Positions 38,357 through 48,055 of a stretch of DNA of 64,000 nucleotides are shown piece by piece. The position numbers were made by a program, and so were the translations under genes. Source of the DNA: Desulfobacterales bacterium (lineage in GTDB: Bacteria > Desulfobacterota > Desulfobacteria > Desulfobacterales > UBA5852). The notes beneath the pieces were generated by a model. That model worked only from the letters and a program-made list of their open reading frames with translations, did no database searches and had not been told where the DNA came from. The stretch spans positions 1,664,001 to 1,728,000 of the forward strand of contig CAXXVS010000002.1 of the NCBI GenBank assembly GCA_963674755.2, written 5' to 3'. Positions within the stretch are counted from its first letter, which is position 1, and each line of letters starts with the position of its first letter.

Positions 38357-40459
38357 TCAGAACGCCATCCCAACGCTGAAGTGGAAAACCCAGGTGTCTT
38401 CGTTGCGGTCCTTGTCGGCATCGGGGTTCCAGGCCAGGTCGCAGCGCACCGGGCCGATGGGCAGCTTGTAGTGCAGCCCGAACCCGATGCCCGACCGCAT
38501 GTCCCTGAAGAAATCCCGGAGGGTATCGGAGACGGCATCGGCGCGGGTCTCCGGTGCGGGTCGACCCCCTTCGCTGATGGAGCGGTTGGGGGCCACGTTG
38601 CCGAGATCGTAGAACAGCGTGCCCGACAGGTCGCCGATCAGGCGCTGGCGCAGCTCCACGTTGATGGTATTGAAGGCCAGGCCGCCCACCGGATTGCCCG
38701 AACGGTCCTTGGGGCCCAGCTCCGACTCGCGGAAACTGCGCACGCTGTTCTCCCCCCCGTTGAAGAAACGCTCGCTGATGGGCACGTTGGTCTCCCCCGG
38801 CCCCGGATAGATGAAGCCCGTGGCATAACGCAGTCCCAGCACCGTGCCGGGTTTGAACGGATAGAAATAGCGCATGCCGGCGGTCAGGCGGGTGAAGGTG
38901 ATATCGCCCCCCAGGGCGTTGTCCGCGTGTTCGACGCTGAAGGTCAGGCGCCGGCCCCGGGAGGGATAGAAGGGATCGTCGCGGTCATCGAAGGTGGTCT
39001 GCAGCTTGAGGCTGCCGAAATTGTAGTTGTCTTCTCCGAGGTCCTCCAGGGCCACCAGGGGATCCACGTCGCTGATATCGGTATTACGCAGGGTATAGGT
39101 GGCCGTGGCCGAGACGTGTTCGCTCAACTGGCTGGAAAGCGAAGGCGACAGGCCGACGTCTTCCCGGGTAAAGGAAGGCTCTTCCCGGTAGCTGTAATAC
39201 AGGGGCACGTCCGCCGTAATTTCCGTATTCAGAAACCAGGGATCCGCCAGGCTGGCCACCACCTGACGGGATTTGGTCGAGACCGTGGTTTCGAGCCCCA
39301 GACTGCGTCCGCTTCCGAAGATATTCTTCTCGCGCCATCCCAGCCGCAGGCGGAGCAGTTCGTAGGACCCCCACCCCGGTTCGACATAGAATTCCCGGGT
39401 GGGGGCCTCGCTCACCGCCACCACCAGAATCCGCCGGCCGAATTCTCCCGGACCCTCGAGAGACAGATCCACCTTGGAGAACAGGCCGGTGCGGAAGAGC
39501 GCGCGAAAGCTTTCCCGTTCCTTTGTCAGGCTGTAGCGATCACCGGGGGCCAGCTTGAGCCGGCGGCGGATGAAGTCCGGATCGGTCTTGTGCGCGCCCT
39601 GCACCTCGATCCTGTCGATGGTCACCATAGGGCCGCTGGTGATCATCGCCACCAGGCGAATGCCTTCCGGGGCCGGCAGCCGCTGTTCATCCAGGGCCGC
39701 TTCCATATCGGCATAACCCTGATCGCCGTAGATTTCCTCCAGGCGGCTTTGGACCACCAAACGCAGACTGCGGTTGTAGGGCTGCCCCACCATGGCCTCC
39801 CGCAAGGCCCGCAGACCGGGGGTCACGGCCGTCGGGAGATCGCCGGTAAACCGCAGATCGGTCAAAAGATAGCGCCGCCCCTCGACAACCGGTATCTCGA
39901 CGGCGACACGGCTACGGTCAGGCGAGAAGATCAAACGGGGCGCTTCCACCCGAACGTCCAGGTAGCCCCGGGCCAGGTAATAATCCCGCACCCGGCCGGC
40001 GCCTGCCTCGATTTCCGACCGAACGTAGGGCGGCCTGCGGGACGGCCTAAAAATACTTTGCGTGGGTGTAAAGAGGGCCTCCAGATCCGCTTGGGGAACG
40101 GTCAGGTCGCCGGTGAAACGGATGCTCGCAACCACGACCTGGGGGCCTTCATCGACGGAAAAGACGACCAGTGTGTGGTCATCGCGGCGATTCCGGGTGT
40201 AGGTCACCCGGGCAAAGGCATAACCTTCCTGGCGGTAGTGAATCACCATCTGGAAGACGGCATCCACGAGATCGGCGTCGCGCCCCTTGTTCTGAATGAA
40301 AGTCTCCAGTTCGGCACCGGCGGCCCGGCGCAGGGCGGCATCGCTCATGTGGCGGTTGCCCACGAACCGGAATGTAAAACGGCCCTCGTCGGCGGCAGGG
40401 GCCGCCATCGGCAACCCCAGGAGCACGGCCAGGGCCAGCCCCAGGAGCCCGGCGGCCAT
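38357..40459 (-). CDS. Omp85 family outer-membrane protein (BamA/TamA-like), about four POTRA domains plus beta-barrel
   Basis: Signal peptide, POTRA motifs (VDEGP, YLARGY), RFFNGGENSVRSF, PIGPVRCD, terminal Phe. Confidence 0.9.
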   Translation of the reverse strand: MAAGLLGLALAVLLGLPMAAPAADEGRFTFRFVGNRHMSDAALRRAAGAELETFIQNKGRDADLVDAVFQMVIHYRQEGYAFARVTYTRNRRDDHTLVVFSVDEGPQVVVASIRFTGDLTVPQADLEALFTPTQSIFRPSRRPPYVRSEIEAGAGRVRDYYLARGYLDVRVEAPRLIFSPDRSRVAVEIPVVEGRRYLLTDLRFTGDLPTAVTPGLRALREAMVGQPYNRSLRLVVQSRLEEIYGDQGYADMEAALDEQRLPAPEGIRLVAMITSGPMVTIDRIEVQGAHKTDPDFIRRRLKLAPGDRYSLTKERESFRALFRTGLFSKVDLSLEGPGEFGRRILVVAVSEAPTREFYVEPGWGSYELLRLRLGWREKNIFGSGRSLGLETTVSTKSRQVVASLADPWFLNTEITADVPLYYSYREEPSFTREDVGLSPSLSSQLSEHVSATATYTLRNTDISDVDPLVALEDLGEDNYNFGSLKLQTTFDDRDDPFYPSRGRRLTFSVEHADNALGGDITFTRLTAGMRYFYPFKPGTVLGLRYATGFIYPGPGETNVPISERFFNGGENSVRSFRESELGPKDRSGNPVGGLAFNTINVELRQRLIGDLSGTLFYDLGNVAPNRSISEGGRPAPETRADAVSDTLRDFFRDMRSGIGFGLHYKLPIGPVRCDLAWNPDADKDRNEDTWVFHFSVGMAF

Positions 40460-40478
40460 CGCACGACCGCGGCGTTGG

Positions 40479-43400
40479 CTATTTGAACCGGAAGACAAAT
40501 TTCACTCCCGCATTATAGAAATCGAAGACATCCCGCTCCCCCGTGATGTAAATGCTGTCGCCGTCCCTTAGCACATCCTCCCCCAGCCGGAACTGGGCTT
40601 CCAGGGTTTCATCCCCCCCGCGTGTCACCCGGCGGCCGACGGTCACCTCGAAGCGGTCCAGGAGGGAGGTCCACGATTCCGTCTCCCCCCCGCCAAACCA
40701 CTGAAGCAGCAAATCCTGCCCGATATAGACGGCCAGATTCATGGGCACCCCCCGGCGCTCCGTGCTGTTCTTATCCGCCGGGGGCCGGCCTGTGATCAGC
40801 ATCAGCATCAACTCATCGCCGGGCAGCGGCGGCGAAGAGGACAAGGTCACCTGGGGTTCGTCGAGCGATCCCTCGATCAGGGCCGTTATGTCATAATTGA
40901 GGACCTTGCCCTCGCCCTGCAAATCCATCACGGGGCGGTTGGCCCGGGACGGCAGAAAGCGGATCACGCCCGACTGGAGCGTCATGAGACCGGCGGGCAG
41001 GCGCAGCCGGATGGGATCCAGGTAGACGTCGCCCGTGAGCAGGGGCAGCTCGCCCGTCCCCCCGAGATGGAGGTGGGGGCGCAAGCCGCCTTTGGCCACA
41101 TTGTTGGTCAGCTCGAAGGGGGTCTTGCTGTCGATGGTCACATCGAAGGTCATATCCTTCCATGGGGGATCCGGCAGCGAGAACAACACTTCCGAGGGGG
41201 TCCCGGCCGATGGGGGGGCTGATTTCAGAAAGCCGAAAAAATCGACGTTGCGTTTGAAACGGCTGTTGGTCAGGCCCACCTCGCCCTGGAGGGCCATCTT
41301 CGCCACGGGTCCTGTCAGGTGCAACGCGGTATCGGCCCGCACCCGGATGTCCGCGCTGCGGTAGAGCAGCAGATTGGTGCCGTCAAAACGGAAATCGGTC
41401 GTCCATTCGCCGCCGTCCGTTTTCCGAAGCGCGCCCGTCAGCTGGAACGGCGCGCCGCCGATCTCCCCCCCGCCGGAGCGCAGCACCACCTGCGTCCCGT
41501 CCGCTGCCAGGTCGGCATGGAGCGCTTCAAGCGGGGGAGCGTCGCCCTCGGGCTGCAGCCCGCCTTCTTCAAGGCGGAGATCGGCTTTCACCGTCGGGGC
41601 CTGCCAGGGGCCTTCGATGGCCAACGATCCCTTCAGGCGGCCGCTGATGCGCCGCACCCCCGGCAGCATGGCCGCCAGCCAGCCCAGGTCGGGAACGTCC
41701 AGATCCACAGCGCCGGCCACGGCCCCCCCGGGCCAGTGGCCGGTCCGGAAAGACCAGGGCGCCGCCGTCTCGTCGATGCGCCAATGCCCGGTTCCCTGAA
41801 GGGACATGCGCGCGGACGCGATGCGCAGTTCCACCAGGTCCGCGCTGCGCCCATGCAGGCGCACCAGCGCCTCCCCCTCAAAAGGCCCCTGGGGCTGGCC
41901 ATCGAGGGCGGGGGTCAGACGCAGGTCGTGAAGCACGCTCTGCAGGGTGCCGGTGGGCGCGGCCAGGGTGCCCGCCAGGTCGATCTCGGCAGTCAAACGC
42001 CCGCCGGCGATGGGGACATCCGGCACGGCGTCCTTCAGGATGGCCAGGTCGCCCAGAACCAGTTCGGCCTTGAGCTGCAGCGGCGCGCCGCTGTCCTGCC
42101 AACCGTCCCGATAGACCAGCGGTATGCGGCCTTCCGCCGACATCTGCTGACCGGCGTCATCGGTCCAGGTCCAGCGCCGGACCGCTAGGCCGCCCGCATC
42201 GAGGGCCAGGCCGAACTGCCCCTGCAAGGCGTGGGGCCATTGCCCGATCTGCATGCCGCGCAGGCTGCCGGCGAAATCGATGCGCGGGGCGGCCCCCGTT
42301 CCGGACAGCCGCAGGCGGGCGTCGGCATCTTCCAGAGCGCGCAGCGGGCCGTCCCATACAGCCAGCCAGGGCTCGGCCCGGATGCCGTCCAGCTCGACAA
42401 GCAGGTCCGCCGGAGCCGTCCCGCCCAGCCGGCCGCTGATGGCGATGCGGCCGGCCGAACCTGCCAATACCAGGGGCGTTATCTGCCAGCCGCCATCCGG
42501 CTGCCCCACAATTTGGGCCGGAGCCGCCAGGTTGAGGGCGGCGTCATCCTTTTGCAGGGAAAAGCGTGTCAGCCGGGCCGTCAGGGGACTGTCACCCTGA
42601 CCGAAGGCCATCTGCCCCGCCAGCATGAGATCGCCGGGGACGCTTTTCAAATCGATGCGCGTAATCGTCAATTGGTGCGGCGAGGCCTGCAAGGCCCCCT
42701 TGATTTGGGCGGCCGTCAGATCGCCCAGGCCGGCCTTGGTCAGGGTGAAGGCCGCCTGCAGATCGGGCAGCGCCAGGGTACCGGCAATGGTCGCTGTGAG
42801 GTCGACGTGCCCACGGGCCGGCCAGGCGGCGGGCAGCAGCGGATTGGCATAGGCGCCCATGTCCTGGATCTGCGCTGTCCAGCGGGTATCGGCCAGTTGG
42901 CCGGAGGCCAGGTTAACCCGGCCGCTGAGGGTGATATGGTCGTTGCCGTTGCGGAGGGCCACTTTTGGGACCCGCAACCACTCCCCGTCGATGCGGCCAT
43001 CCGCCACCAGCTGCCCCAGACGGATTCCGCCCAAATAAACGTCTTCGCCTTGGAGCGCCAAAGTCCCCCGGGGCGCCCGCAACGGGCCGGACAGTTTCAA
43101 GTGCCCCTGCAGCCGGCCGGCAAGGGGCGGCAGGGGCAGCAGGGCGGCGAAATCCGCAAGCGCCGGCACATCGAGGTCGGCCTCGGCTTCTAGATCGGCG
43201 TCTTTCCGCTGGTCGGCCAACGCGGCCAGGTCGACTTGCAGGCGCTTCAAATCGATCTGGCTGTCTCCGCAAGTCAATCTCCCTTCCGTCAATCGGAGAA
43301 GACCGGCCTGGACATGCCCCTGCACAGCCAGCTGGTGGGACGGGAGGGACGTTGCTGTCGGTTGGATATCCACGTTCCACAGGGCCGTCAGGGCCGGAAT

Positions 43401-44579
43401 GTTCTTCAAGGAGGCTTCGAAGCGCGCGTTCAAGCCGGACAGCAGGCGATCGAGCGGCCCATCGAACAAAGCGGCCGTAGAAAGCGACAGGTCCTGGATG
43501 CGGCCGGTGTTGCCCTGACCGCGCCATTCGGCCCGGGGTACGGACAGACGGCCTTCGCCGGCCCGGGCCTGTAAAGACATCTGCTCCCAGGTGAAGGATT
43601 GCCAGCGGCCGGAACCGGCGTTTACCTCGACGGTTCCATTCAGGGTCTCCGGTTGGGCGTAGGGGATCATTAAATCAACGGCGACAGCGACTTTCCCGGA
43701 TAGATCCTGCGGGGGCATCGCCAGGATCTGCTGCACAAGCGCGAGGTTCATCTCCTGGCCATCGAGGTGCAGTTGCAGCGCGTCCTCGTCATGCCGTCCG
43801 CTGACGACCAGATGGCCTTTCCCGGACGGAATGCGGGCCTCGAAGGAAAGGCTCCGGGGCAGCTGCGCGAGGTCGGCCCACCCCTCGTCGACCAGCGCCG
43901 TGTTGTTCAGCTCGAGCCCATGGACCACCAACCGTCCCGAGGGCGCCAGCACAAGCCGGGCACGGGCCTTGACCTGGCCGTCCCGCAGGGGGGGCAGATG
44001 CCAGCGCCATTCCGCGATCTCGATCTGTACATCAGCAGCCGCCCCGCCGCTCCGGGCCGACGGGCCAAGCCGGATGCCGTCCCACCGGCTTCCGTAGCCG
44101 TCGCCCGCAATGTCCAGCCGGCCATCCGTGACGACAATCCCTGGCAGGACGGCCGGCCAGCGGCCGGGTGCTTCCGCTCCGCTTTCGGCCGGGCTTTCTG
44201 AAGAAGGGCGGGACAGGTCGATGGCGACGCGGGGGCGCTCGAGCGTCACCGTCATTCCGGATAGGAAGGCGTCGAAGCCCTGGAGGAGATCGATCAGGCG
44301 ATACTGCCCCCGAAGGGCGTCCATGCTCACCTTAAGCGGGGTATCGGCGCCAGGCAGGGTGCTGATCCGGATATCGTCGAATTCGAGGCCGCCCAGGAGC
44401 GAGCCGCGGATCGCGCCCAGTTCGAGCTGCAGATCCAGATCGTTACGCAAAGCTTCGATGGCGGCCTGTTTCAGGTGCGGATAAAGGAGAACGCCGCGCA
44501 GTAGATAAAGGCCCAGCAACAGTCCCCCCGCCAGGAGGAACAGGAATAGGGCCCAGCGCGCCGGATGCCGCAGATTCAC
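40479..44579 (-). CDS. tamB: Translocation/assembly module TamB-like protein
   Basis: 1366 aa, N-terminal TM anchor, beta-rich repeats, C-terminal DUF490-like region (LSSSPPLP); adjacent to Omp85. Confidence 0.85.
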   Translation of the reverse strand: MNLRHPARWALFLFLLAGGLLLGLYLLRGVLLYPHLKQAAIEALRNDLDLQLELGAIRGSLLGGLEFDDIRISTLPGADTPLKVSMDALRGQYRLIDLLQGFDAFLSGMTVTLERPRVAIDLSRPSSESPAESGAEAPGRWPAVLPGIVVTDGRLDIAGDGYGSRWDGIRLGPSARSGGAAADVQIEIAEWRWHLPPLRDGQVKARARLVLAPSGRLVVHGLELNNTALVDEGWADLAQLPRSLSFEARIPSGKGHLVVSGRHDEDALQLHLDGQEMNLALVQQILAMPPQDLSGKVAVAVDLMIPYAQPETLNGTVEVNAGSGRWQSFTWEQMSLQARAGEGRLSVPRAEWRGQGNTGRIQDLSLSTAALFDGPLDRLLSGLNARFEASLKNIPALTALWNVDIQPTATSLPSHQLAVQGHVQAGLLRLTEGRLTCGDSQIDLKRLQVDLAALADQRKDADLEAEADLDVPALADFAALLPLPPLAGRLQGHLKLSGPLRAPRGTLALQGEDVYLGGIRLGQLVADGRIDGEWLRVPKVALRNGNDHITLSGRVNLASGQLADTRWTAQIQDMGAYANPLLPAAWPARGHVDLTATIAGTLALPDLQAAFTLTKAGLGDLTAAQIKGALQASPHQLTITRIDLKSVPGDLMLAGQMAFGQGDSPLTARLTRFSLQKDDAALNLAAPAQIVGQPDGGWQITPLVLAGSAGRIAISGRLGGTAPADLLVELDGIRAEPWLAVWDGPLRALEDADARLRLSGTGAAPRIDFAGSLRGMQIGQWPHALQGQFGLALDAGGLAVRRWTWTDDAGQQMSAEGRIPLVYRDGWQDSGAPLQLKAELVLGDLAILKDAVPDVPIAGGRLTAEIDLAGTLAAPTGTLQSVLHDLRLTPALDGQPQGPFEGEALVRLHGRSADLVELRIASARMSLQGTGHWRIDETAAPWSFRTGHWPGGAVAGAVDLDVPDLGWLAAMLPGVRRISGRLKGSLAIEGPWQAPTVKADLRLEEGGLQPEGDAPPLEALHADLAADGTQVVLRSGGGEIGGAPFQLTGALRKTDGGEWTTDFRFDGTNLLLYRSADIRVRADTALHLTGPVAKMALQGEVGLTNSRFKRNVDFFGFLKSAPPSAGTPSEVLFSLPDPPWKDMTFDVTIDSKTPFELTNNVAKGGLRPHLHLGGTGELPLLTGDVYLDPIRLRLPAGLMTLQSGVIRFLPSRANRPVMDLQGEGKVLNYDITALIEGSLDEPQVTLSSSPPLPGDELMLMLITGRPPADKNSTERRGVPMNLAVYIGQDLLLQWFGGGETESWTSLLDRFEVTVGRRVTRGGDETLEAQFRLGEDVLRDGDSIYITGERDVFDFYNAGVKFVFRFK

Positions 44580-44641
44580 CTTAGCGTCCCCTCACCCCAT
44601 GGCGCCGCCTGCCGAACCCTGCTGTGCCGCATCGCCATGAC

Positions 44642-45382
44642 TCAAAACCGAGCGATGACACTGGTGGGCAGCCATCGCAGCACCGGCCCCAGTAGACGCC
44701 AGGGCCAGACCGGCACCGGGGAGGATTTGACCCGTCGTTCAATCATGCCGGCGATCAGGGTCGCGCCCTTCTCGGCCGAAATCAGGAAAGGCCTGCTTTT
44801 CAGCATATCGTTAAGGGGGGTGTCGATGTAGCCGGGATACAAAACCGTCACCTGGATATTTTTATGGTAGACTTCCGCCCGCAGGGATTCCAGATAGATC
44901 GCGAATCCGGCTTTGGAGGCGCAATACGATCCGCTGCGGGGCATACCGCGGTTGGCCATCACCGAACTCGTGCCCACCACGTGGCCGTGCCCCTGTTCGA
45001 GAAAATAGGCTACGGCTGCATCCACCGTAGCCATGGCCCCCAGGAGGTTGGTCTCGATGGTGCGCCGGGCATCAGCGAAGCGTCCCCGCCCCACCTTGTC
45101 CCCTAACCCGATGCCGGCATTGGCGAAGACGATGTCCAGCCCGCCCAGGGCTTCGGCGCAGGCCCCTACGACCCCGGGAACCGTGTCAAAAGCGGTCACG
45201 TCCAGGGCATGCGCCACCACGAGGGTCGAAGGATGTTGGGCCAGGATCTCTTCCCGAACGGTTTCCAAGGCCTCGACGCGGCGGGCGGCAAGGGCCAGAG
45301 TATACCCCATTCCGGCCAGTTCAATCGCCAGCGCCCGCCCGATGCCGGACGAGGCCCCTGTGATCAGTATCTTCTTTGCCAT
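44642..45382 (-). CDS. Short-chain dehydrogenase/reductase
   Basis: TGASSGIG, ANAG, YCASK, PGYIDT. Confidence 0.93.
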   Translation of the reverse strand: MAKKILITGASSGIGRALAIELAGMGYTLALAARRVEALETVREEILAQHPSTLVVAHALDVTAFDTVPGVVGACAEALGGLDIVFANAGIGLGDKVGRGRFADARRTIETNLLGAMATVDAAVAYFLEQGHGHVVGTSSVMANRGMPRSGSYCASKAGFAIYLESLRAEVYHKNIQVTVLYPGYIDTPLNDMLKSRPFLISAEKGATLIAGMIERRVKSSPVPVWPWRLLGPVLRWLPTSVIARF

Positions 45383-45592
45383 ACGGTCACCTCTCCTGTG
45401 GGCACGATTCCCAATATTTCTGGTGGTCGAAAACAACCTCTACGCCGAATGCCGGTCCGCATCCGATACCACGACCGCCGCCCGCCCGTAAATACCAAGA
45501 CGTGCGGTTCCTGTAGCGCAACGGATTTTCAAGCCCGCCGGAGCCGGAAACGGTTATTGACCATCAGCCAGCATCACTGCAAACCCCATTTG

Positions 45593-46220
45593 GGGCGGTT
45601 GCGTAAAACGCCCAAAATCAAGGCGTGCAAGCTCGGAGAAGTGAGCGCACCCAGGTGCGCCGCAGCAACGAGAAGCGCCGCACAACGCCGATATTTGTCC
45701 GTCCCAGTGGAGCGGTCGTTTTTTGCAGTGGCATGTGTTGCCTATTTATTTCGTGCACAGGGAGGTTGTGTAAAACGCCCAAAATCAAGGCGTGCAAGCT
45801 CGGAGAAGTGAGGCGCACCCAGGTGCGCCGCAGCGACGAGAAGCGCCGCACAACGCCGATATTTGTCCATCCCAGTGGAGCGGTCGTTTTTTGCAGTGGC
45901 ATGTGTTGCCTATTTATTTCGTGCACAGGGAGGTTGTGTAAAACGCCCAAAATCAAGGCGTGCAAGCTCGGAGAAGTGAGGCGCACCCAGGTGCGCCGCA
46001 GCGACGAGGAGCGCCGCACAACGCCGATATTTGTCCGTCCCAGTGGAGCGGTCGTTTTTTGTAGTGGCATGTGTTGCCTATTTATTTCGTGCACAGGGAG
46101 GTTGTGTAAAACGCCCAAAATCAAGGCGTGCAAGCTCGGAGAAGTGAGGCGCACCCAGGTGCGCCGCAGCGACGAGGAGCGCCGCACAACGCCGAGTTTG
46201 GGCGTTTTACACAACCTCCC
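45593..46220 (-). repeat. Tandem array (168-bp period, about 3.7 units) of family A hairpin element
   Basis: GTAAAACGCCCAAAATCAAGGCG at 45603, 45770, 45938 and 46106; last unit has a 24-bp perfect IR ending in the dctM stop. Confidence 0.95.
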
Positions 46221-47521
46221 TAGAACATGGTGTTGGGAAGGTATAGCGCAATCCCCGGAAACGCCACCAAAATCAGCAGACAGGCCAGCATGGCCAGCCA
46301 GAAGGGCCAGATGCCCCGGAAGATCGTCGCAAGGGGAACGTCCGGCGCAACCCCCTTCACCACGAAGACGTTGACCCCCACCGGCGGACTGATGAGCCCC
46401 ATTTCCAGCACGATCACCACGATGACCCCGAACCAGATGGGGCTGTAGCCCAGGGCCAGAATCACCGGGAAGACCACCGGCAGGGTCAGCACCAGCATGG
46501 CGATGCCTTCCAGAAAGGTGCCCAGCACGACGTAGGTGGCCAGAACGATGAGCAGGACCCCCAGGGAGCCCACATCCAGTCCCGTGAGAAAGCCCACCAG
46601 GTTGGATGGAATCTCCGAGAGTGCCATGAAGGGGATGAAGACATGCGCGCCGATCAGGATCATGAAGGTCAGGGCCGTGGTGCGCAGGGTGTGGAGGATG
46701 ACCGCCTTGAAGGCCGCGATGCTCAGGGAGCGCCGGGCCAGGGCCACGATCAAGGTCAGGAAGGCGCCGATGCCGGAGGCCTCCACCGGCGTCATCACGC
46801 CGCCGTAGATGCCGCCGATGGTCACCAGCACGATGGCGATGAAAACCCCCGCCCGGCGCAGGGTCTGCCAGCGTTCCCCCAGAGAGGCCCGGGGGCCGGC
46901 GGGACCGGCCTGGGGCCGCAGGCGGGTGACCACGGCGATGGCCAGCAGGAAGAGCGCGGTCAGCAGAAGGCCGGGCAGGATGCCGGCAATGAAAAGCTTG
47001 CCGATGGACTGCTCGGTCAGGATGGCATAGATGACGAAGCCCGACGAGGGGGGAATCAGGAATCCCAGGGTACCGCCGGCTGCCACACACCCGGTGGCCA
47101 AGCCGTCGTCGTAGTGGAAGCGCCGCATCTCGGGCAGAGCCACGCGTCCCATGGTGACGGCCGATGCAAAGGACGACCCACTCAGGGCGGCAAAGCCGGC
47201 ACAGCCGATGATAGTGGCGCCGGCCAGCCCTCCCCGGTGGTGGCCGGCCCAGGCGTAGGCCGCGTTGTAGAGATCCCGGCTCATGCCGGAAAGGCCGGCC
47301 AGGTTGCCCATCAGCACGAAAAGGGGGATTACGCTCAGTTCGATGTACGAGGCGATCTCAAAGGTTTCCGAGCCCAGGATGGTACAGGCCGCCGGAAAGC
47401 CGCTGATGGCGGCAATGCCGCCAAAACCGGCGATCAGCATGCCCATGGCGATGGGCACCCGGAAGATCAGCAATACGAAAAAGGCCGTCAGCCCCACAGC
47501 GCCGATCAGTTCAGGTGTCAT
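46220..47521 (-). CDS. dctM: TRAP transporter large permease
   Basis: IPLFVLMG, SGSS, GGTLGFLIPPS, ISPPVG. Confidence 0.95.
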   Translation of the reverse strand: MTPELIGAVGLTAFFVLLIFRVPIAMGMLIAGFGGIAAISGFPAACTILGSETFEIASYIELSVIPLFVLMGNLAGLSGMSRDLYNAAYAWAGHHRGGLAGATIIGCAGFAALSGSSFASAVTMGRVALPEMRRFHYDDGLATGCVAAGGTLGFLIPPSSGFVIYAILTEQSIGKLFIAGILPGLLLTALFLLAIAVVTRLRPQAGPAGPRASLGERWQTLRRAGVFIAIVLVTIGGIYGGVMTPVEASGIGAFLTLIVALARRSLSIAAFKAVILHTLRTTALTFMILIGAHVFIPFMALSEIPSNLVGFLTGLDVGSLGVLLIVLATYVVLGTFLEGIAMLVLTLPVVFPVILALGYSPIWFGVIVVIVLEMGLISPPVGVNVFVVKGVAPDVPLATIFRGIWPFWLAMLACLLILVAFPGIALYLPNTMF

Positions 47522-48051
47522 GACCGGACATCATCGGGAGGCTGGTCCAGATCCTGGATGCGGCCCCGCAGAATCAACAGCAATTCAACCACCAATACGG
47601 CGGCATAGAGCAGCATGCCCAAGGCCAGAAAACGGTAGAAAGGGCCATAGGGGATTCCGAGCGCCATCGAGGTTTCCCCGAAAGCGGCCGCATTGGCGCC
47701 GCTGATCCAGAGCTGGCGGGAGAGCACTGCCAGCATGGCCAGGCCGGCCAGGCGCGCCCCGGCTTCGGAGCAGGCGGCCAGGCGCGGTCCCATGCGGCGG
47801 CTGAAAAATTCGATCACCACCTGACCGCCCGTGCGGGCGCTATAGGCCACCGACAGGGCCACCATGACGAGCAGCATCAGCTTGGCCACGTCCCGGGCTC
47901 CGTAGAGCGGCGCATTGAACAGGTAGCGCAGGGTCACGTCCGCCACGGTAAGCCCCATCAACCCCAGGAGCATGGCGCCGCCCCCCCACAGGGCCACCTG
48001 CCGCACCACGAGGTCGACGCCGCCCATCAGCCGCACCGGCAAGGGCGGCAT
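47518..48051 (-). CDS. dctQ: TRAP transporter small permease
   Basis: Four TM segments, DVTLRYLFNAP; lies between dctP and dctM; start uncertain. Confidence 0.88.
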   Translation of the reverse strand: MPPLPVRLMGGVDLVVRQVALWGGGAMLLGLMGLTVADVTLRYLFNAPLYGARDVAKLMLLVMVALSVAYSARTGGQVVIEFFSRRMGPRLAACSEAGARLAGLAMLAVLSRQLWISGANAAAFGETSMALGIPYGPFYRFLALGMLLYAAVLVVELLLILRGRIQDLDQPPDDVRS

Positions 48052-48055
48052 CCCG

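Noticed and set aside
38216..40486. 756-aa + strand ORF and similar long ORFs (9356..10675, 12060..13850, 47972..49480, 49147..50607, 51025..52374)
   Set aside because: Antisense shadows of well-supported genes in GC-rich DNA
45593..46220. CRISPR array
   Set aside because: Units are near-identical over 168 bp with no unique spacers, and there are no cas genes
45618..47090. Repetitive ORFs 45618..47090 (-) and 45625..46374 (+)
   Set aside because: By-products of a 56-codon repeat period; they overlap dctM and lack protein-like features
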